Assembly (NCBI GenBank): GCA_021739695.1
Contig: JAIPBM010000023.1
Coordinates: forward strand, 1,156-65,155
Source of the DNA: Flavobacteriales bacterium
GTDB lineage: Bacteria; Bacteroidota; Bacteroidia; UBA10329
Direction of reading: 5' to 3'
Length of the DNA stretch: 64,000 nucleotides
The position numbers were made by a program, and so were the translations under genes. Below are positions 60,143-64,000 of this stretch, piece by piece; position 1 is the stretch's first letter; each line of letters opens with the position of its first letter. The notes beneath the pieces were generated by a model that saw only the letters and a list, made by a program, of their open reading frames with translations, did not search any database and had not been told where the DNA came from.

Positions 60143-60858
60143 GCTGGCATTTTCATTTTTTCGTTCGTCTGTTCTGTAATTCGTCTATTTCTTGATTTAA
60201 TAAACTCCATTACTCGGCTTTTGTAAACCAAATACTCGTCAATGACAGCAAAGGCTGGTTTTGATTTAAAGTTGTCAAACGGCAGATAGAACTTGATGTT
60301 TTGGTTTTCGTCAATAAGGTCATCAAGCAAGAAAAATTGAACATATCCTTCAAAGTTGTCAAACAGATTGAAGAAGCTTTCGTACCTCAAGAAGGTGTCG
60401 TAAAGGGGGCTTTCTTGTCCCAAATAGAATAAGCGAATACACTCTAATGTAAGGTCAAATCTGTCGTCAATGAAGCTATTTACTCCTCTTGCTTGATTGA
60501 TGGTGAATTTGTTGTCAATCTTGTTTTTCGGAAATACGGTGTATGCCCCGATTGTGCTTCCTGTATCAAAAAGCTCGTCAACCTCATTTGGGATTTGCTT
60601 TGTAAGCCAATGTTTCCGTTTCTGGTTTCTGTATGAGTGAGTTATTGCGTCACTACCCAAGATAAATTCTCCTAAAGATGACTTGTGATATAGGTAGGTA
60701 CCTTGTCTATTGTCGGTTAATTCGAAATGCTGTCCGCTTGGCAAAGGTTTACTCCATAGGATTTTGTGGTATCTCCTCAATGTCGGACTTGTACTGTCTG
60801 GGTCACCACCTCTTGCGTCAGAGTAAAAATTGAAGTCTATGTCGATTTGCGTTGTCAT
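60112..60858 (-). CDS. cassette hypothetical protein (resembles DUF6994 family)
   Basis: DPD..SPTL..YH..LWSK.LP.G, TINQARG, DRFDLTLECIR; ATG at 60858; ORF runs into the attC-like site. Confidence 0.75.
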   Translation of the reverse strand: MTTQIDIDFNFYSDARGGDPDSTSPTLRRYHKILWSKPLPSGQHFELTDNRQGTYLYHKSSLGEFILGSDAITHSYRNQKRKHWLTKQIPNEVDELFDTGSTIGAYTVFPKNKIDNKFTINQARGVNSFIDDRFDLTLECIRLFYLGQESPLYDTFLRYESFFNLFDNFEGYVQFFLLDDLIDENQNIKFYLPFDNFKSKPAFAVIDEYLVYKSRVMEFIKSRNRRITEQTNEKMKMPAHNNCYVNRA

Positions 60859-60869
60859 TTTTTGCTTGC

Positions 60870-60997
60870 ACACAACGTTTGCCGCTAAAGATAATGCGTT
60901 AGAAACTGCCGTCCTTTCGCCATGCGCAGAGAGCGCAGAACGAAATTGAGACTGACTGACGTACTGTCGCGAGCATTAGGTTTAGTGGTTGTTGGCA
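60870..60997 (-). repeat. attC-like site, sequence type B, copy 1
   Basis: minus strand TTTGCCAAC...GTTGTGTGC; near-identical to copies at 62464 and 63208. Confidence 0.87.
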
Positions 60998-62454
60998 AAT
61001 CGTTGTTTCTCCCAGATATAAACACCACCAGCTACCTTGTCGTCATTAATTCGTTCGAAACGAGAGCCGATAATTGCTCTGTCGTTTTCCATATCTACTG
61101 AAAATCCGAACTTGAGCCAACTTCTTTCCTGCACTGAGGTAAGTTTTTCAAGTTCTTTCCATCTGCCATTGGGAGTCAACTGAAAAACATAGGCGGCTCC
61201 GTGATAAAGTGCTTCTGCTGGGTCAGTGTTTTCCAATGCATCTGCAAATGCACCAACGATTAGCAAGCTGTCGTGAGCGCTTAAACACATTCCGAATTTA
61301 TCGTCAGCACCACGGTCAGAAGCAGTAATTTCCTGAGAAACTTTCCACATGCCATCCGCATCTTTCTCATACACAAAGACAGAACCAGCCCCAGCCTTTC
61401 TTTCTTCATGCTGCTCCCACGTTTCAACCCTCACGGCTTCTTCTCTGAATTTCTCTTTCGTAATATTCATTGATTCTAAAGTAGAAGGGTCGTTGGGAAT
61501 CAGTTCGATTGCCATCTGATAACCATCATCTGTCTCGGTCATTATGCGCATCACAAAAACCGAATCTGTTGCTGGCAGTGTATCTATATCGAATAGCTTA
61601 TAGCTGGTTTCTCCTTCGGCACCAACAAAGAGATAGTCGTCTGTCACGCAAACAGAACTTGCAAAGTGCCTTACACTGCTATTAGGACTGACCAGTTTCT
61701 GCTTGAAAACAGCTTTCAGACTCTCATCTAGATCATAGAGGTACGCACTATTGCTCTGTGCTGCGGTAATCAGGACGTGGCGGTCAGACATGGAAATCGA
61801 ATAACCGAAATTTTTAACGCCTTCAGGCGGCTGTATTTGGTCTCTCTGAATCCACTTGCCATTATCAGTCAACTGATAAATGAACACCGTACCTGAGGTT
61901 GAAGGGTTTTCACCGCGCTTGTACATGTGGGCAGAAACGATGAGTTTACCATTCTGCAACATGAGATTCTTTCCGAAATTATCGCTTTGGGATGGAGAAG
62001 GAATGGTAAGCGTCTGTGTTAATTTCCAAATTCCATCAGCGCCTTTCTCGTACATGAATACAGCCCCTTCCCTGATTCTATGCTCACCGTCATCATCCAC
62101 TTGATCGAAGCCGTTGGCTCCAACCGCTAAATGGTTTCCGTTGATGCTCACCGCTGTTCCGAACCAATCATTTGCTTTAGGGTAGGGTGCGGTTAGCTGT
62201 TGTGATTCCTTCCATGTTCCGGTAGTTGTTCGTTGAAAAACATAAACCGCACCTGCGTTTACAATCGTGTCCTTGTTAACAGCAATTTGATAATGGGGTG
62301 CGCCAGACACGGCTTGATCTTTCGAAATACTGGTAGACCAACCTATTACCTCACCTTCTTGTCTGTTGGTGTCGTCCAATTTTTGAAATGTTCCTTGGGC
62401 ATGGCAGGAGCCGAGATAGAGGAAGAATAAAATAAAGTGTGATAAAAGCTTCAT
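60982..62454 (-). CDS. secreted FG-GAP repeat (beta-propeller) protein, cassette-borne
   Basis: repeated FG.AVSI....VGA....GAV.VF units; signal peptide; ATG at 62454. Confidence 0.85.
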   Translation of the reverse strand: MKLLSHFILFFLYLGSCHAQGTFQKLDDTNRQEGEVIGWSTSISKDQAVSGAPHYQIAVNKDTIVNAGAVYVFQRTTTGTWKESQQLTAPYPKANDWFGTAVSINGNHLAVGANGFDQVDDDGEHRIREGAVFMYEKGADGIWKLTQTLTIPSPSQSDNFGKNLMLQNGKLIVSAHMYKRGENPSTSGTVFIYQLTDNGKWIQRDQIQPPEGVKNFGYSISMSDRHVLITAAQSNSAYLYDLDESLKAVFKQKLVSPNSSVRHFASSVCVTDDYLFVGAEGETSYKLFDIDTLPATDSVFVMRIMTETDDGYQMAIELIPNDPSTLESMNITKEKFREEAVRVETWEQHEERKAGAGSVFVYEKDADGMWKVSQEITASDRGADDKFGMCLSAHDSLLIVGAFADALENTDPAEALYHGAAYVFQLTPNGRWKELEKLTSVQERSWLKFGFSVDMENDRAIIGSRFERINDDKVAGGVYIWEKQRFANNH

Positions 62455-62463
62455 TACAATGTT

Positions 62464-62592
62464 TGCCAACGGTTTCCGCTAAAGATAATGCGTTAGAAAC
62501 TGCCGTCCTTTCGCCATGCACGGACAGCGCAGAACGAAACTGAGACTGACTGACGTACGGTCGCACGCATTAGATTTTAGCGGTTGTTGGCA
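62464..62592 (-). repeat. attC-like site, sequence type B, copy 2
   Basis: minus strand AATTGCCAAC...GTTGGCAAA; 62476-62573 identical to 63220-63317. Confidence 0.88.
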
Positions 62593-63197
62593 ATTGTAAT
62601 TTCTTTTCCGTCCCCGACTTCCAAAACAAGAAGAACCGCGATAATGTCAGGAATGATTAGAAAGCCGTACATGGTCGTGCTTAGTTCACCGTACCAATAA
62701 GGAGCTGCAAACATTAGAACAGCGCTGTAAACAAACATTAAAACAAACGCTGCTATCGAACCTTTCGCCCATTGTTTCATACGGATAAAGCGAGAATTTA
62801 AGTCGTCCGATTTTGCCCTAAGAATTAAAACCACCATAGCAATTCCTAAGAAAGCCGAAAGAATTTCAACGGCAGTCGAGCCAACCTGAGGGAGAAAGTC
62901 CGAAAACCTTGAACCAATCCCCAAAAGCTGGTAGATGATTTCGACAAACAAATTAAGTTTTGTGACTAGCACCAATTTGTCCAAGCGGTTATAAGCAAAG
63001 TAGTCTATAAAGAACTTATAGATGTAAACAGTACAAAGGATACTACCAATCGTGATGAACGACCATTGTACATCGTCAGGCTTTCCAGTTTTGATATATA
63101 GAAATTCAAGTGCGATGAATATTGTATTCACAATACTGTAACCAAAAGCAAAAAGCAAAAGGTTTCTCCTTTCTGATGTGATTGAAAATGTGTCCAT
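62577..63197 (-). CDS. cassette-borne multi-pass membrane protein
   Basis: about six hydrophobic segments; ATG after aaaaa; stop codon inside the attC-like arm. Confidence 0.75.
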   Translation of the reverse strand: MDTFSITSERRNLLLFAFGYSIVNTIFIALEFLYIKTGKPDDVQWSFITIGSILCTVYIYKFFIDYFAYNRLDKLVLVTKLNLFVEIIYQLLGIGSRFSDFLPQVGSTAVEILSAFLGIAMVVLILRAKSDDLNSRFIRMKQWAKGSIAAFVLMFVYSAVLMFAAPYWYGELSTTMYGFLIIPDIIAVLLVLEVGDGKEITIANNR

Positions 63198-63207
63198 TTT
63201 TTATAAT

Positions 63208-63335
63208 TGCCAACGGTTGCCGCTAAAGATAATGCGTTAGAAACTGCCGTCCTTTCGCCATGCACGGACAGCGCAGAACGAAACTGAGACTGACTGACGT
63301 ACGGTCGCACGCATTAGGTTTAGTGGTTGTTGGGG
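63208..63335 (-). repeat. attC-like site, sequence type B, copy 3
   Basis: minus strand TAACCCCAAC...GTTGGCAATT. Confidence 0.88.
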
Positions 63336-63375
63336 TTAGTTTTTTATTTCCAAGTTTCTATTGACCTTGAATAAC

Positions 63376-63885
63376 TCACAAGATTTCAGGGCGTTGTTTC
63401 ACAGGGTTGAACGGTTGAATTGTCTTATGAATCGGTACATCTTTAAGGCTTTCAATTTCCTTTTCAACAAAGGGAGTTACCAGATTTGTGATAATAATGT
63501 CAGGCCTGTTGTTTTTCAGATGAACCTGCGCAAAATGGTAAGTTGACATACTCAAGAAATGAATGTGCGACCGAGCTTTAATGGCGGCAGACATATTTAA
63601 GGTAATTCGGTCTATCTCATTCGCATAGATAAGTGTCTCATTTCCGGTTGACGTCCTTACCTGTATTGCTCTGGAACTTATACTGAATTCAACCCCTTTG
63701 TTTAATTCATAGTATTGCCAATGAAGGTAAATTGTCGGTGCTGCATCCAATATCGCTATCACACCTAGACTCAATGCAATGCCAACATCAAATCCTGAAA
63801 GAATAATGACTACCGCAAGGATTACGTTATGAAATATGAACACTCCTAGAGCTTCAAACTGATTTTTCTTCGTAATCCTAAGCAT
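63376..63885 (-). CDS. cassette-borne membrane protein (two TM helices plus soluble domain)
   Basis: two N-terminal hydrophobic helices; sole long ORF between two attC-like sites. Confidence 0.7.
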   Translation of the reverse strand: MLRITKKNQFEALGVFIFHNVILAVVIILSGFDVGIALSLGVIAILDAAPTIYLHWQYYELNKGVEFSISSRAIQVRTSTGNETLIYANEIDRITLNMSAAIKARSHIHFLSMSTYHFAQVHLKNNRPDIIITNLVTPFVEKEIESLKDVPIHKTIQPFNPVKQRPEIL

Positions 63886-63975
63886 TCCTAAAACCCAATC
63901 CTATCTTCTAATAAACAAGTTCCATTTAGTCAAAAACATTGATTAAGAAACCCAATTTTCAAGATGCGCCAAAAT

Positions 63976-64000
63976 TAACCCCAACGGGTTACTGCTATGA
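63976..64000 (-). repeat. partial attC-like site (R'-like end), probably type A, cut by window end
   Basis: taaccccaacgggttactgctatga parallels gcccaacggtttccgctatga at 60013-60033. Confidence 0.75.

Larger units (their letters stand above)
59426..64000 (-). mobile_element. integron-like gene cassette array (at least 5 cassettes; continues past window end; no integrase in window)
   Basis: co-oriented single ORFs separated by ~128-130 bp palindromic CAAC...GTTG sites; cassette-specific 9-10 bp end complementarity. Confidence 0.85.

Noticed and set aside
62351..63310. Duplicate ORFs MRPYVSQSQFRSALSVHGERTAVSNALSLA (62351-62566 and 63128-63310)
   Set aside because: They are translations of the repeated attC-like site, start at GTG, and overlap real cassette genes out of frame.
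60870..63335. CRISPR array interpretation of the ~128-bp repeats
   Set aside because: The repeats are far too long, the intervening segments are whole genes of 0.6-1.5 kb, and no cas genes are present.
60013..63335. tRNA or IS/MITE identity for the repeats
   Set aside because: No cloverleaf, T-loop or CCA; no target-site duplications or transposase. End complementarity follows the cassette, not the repeat.

Overview
64 kb of a Bacteroidota genome, most likely Flavobacteriales-like (TAnnTTTG promoters, A-rich leaders without Shine-Dalgarno, PorQ, T9SS cargo proteins). In order: (1) the distal end of a flexirubin/aryl-polyene-type KS cluster (1-6.7 kb); (2) housekeeping genes (tag, ispH, cmk, porQ, ispE, fadH, rpoN, asnS, rpsA, pyrR, pyrB); (3) an iron-uptake-like operon (DUF4856, imelysin, HTTM, TonB receptor) with a Fur-like palindrome; (4) an unusual TerB-like/ABCG-type transporter locus; (5) two LytTR modules with visible direct-repeat operators; (6) an orphan N6-methyltransferase-like gene. 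The most notable feature, from about 59.4 kb to the window end, is an integron-like gene-cassette array. Single, mostly promoterless minus-strand ORFs are separated by ~128-130 bp palindromic attC-like sites (CAAC...GTTG). Each complete cassette's two ends are complementary to each other over 9-10 bp rather than to the partner end of the site they now sit in, the footprint expected of circular cassettes integrated at G|TT. No integrase is in the window, and the array continues past base 64000. All family names are from motif recognition, not database searches.
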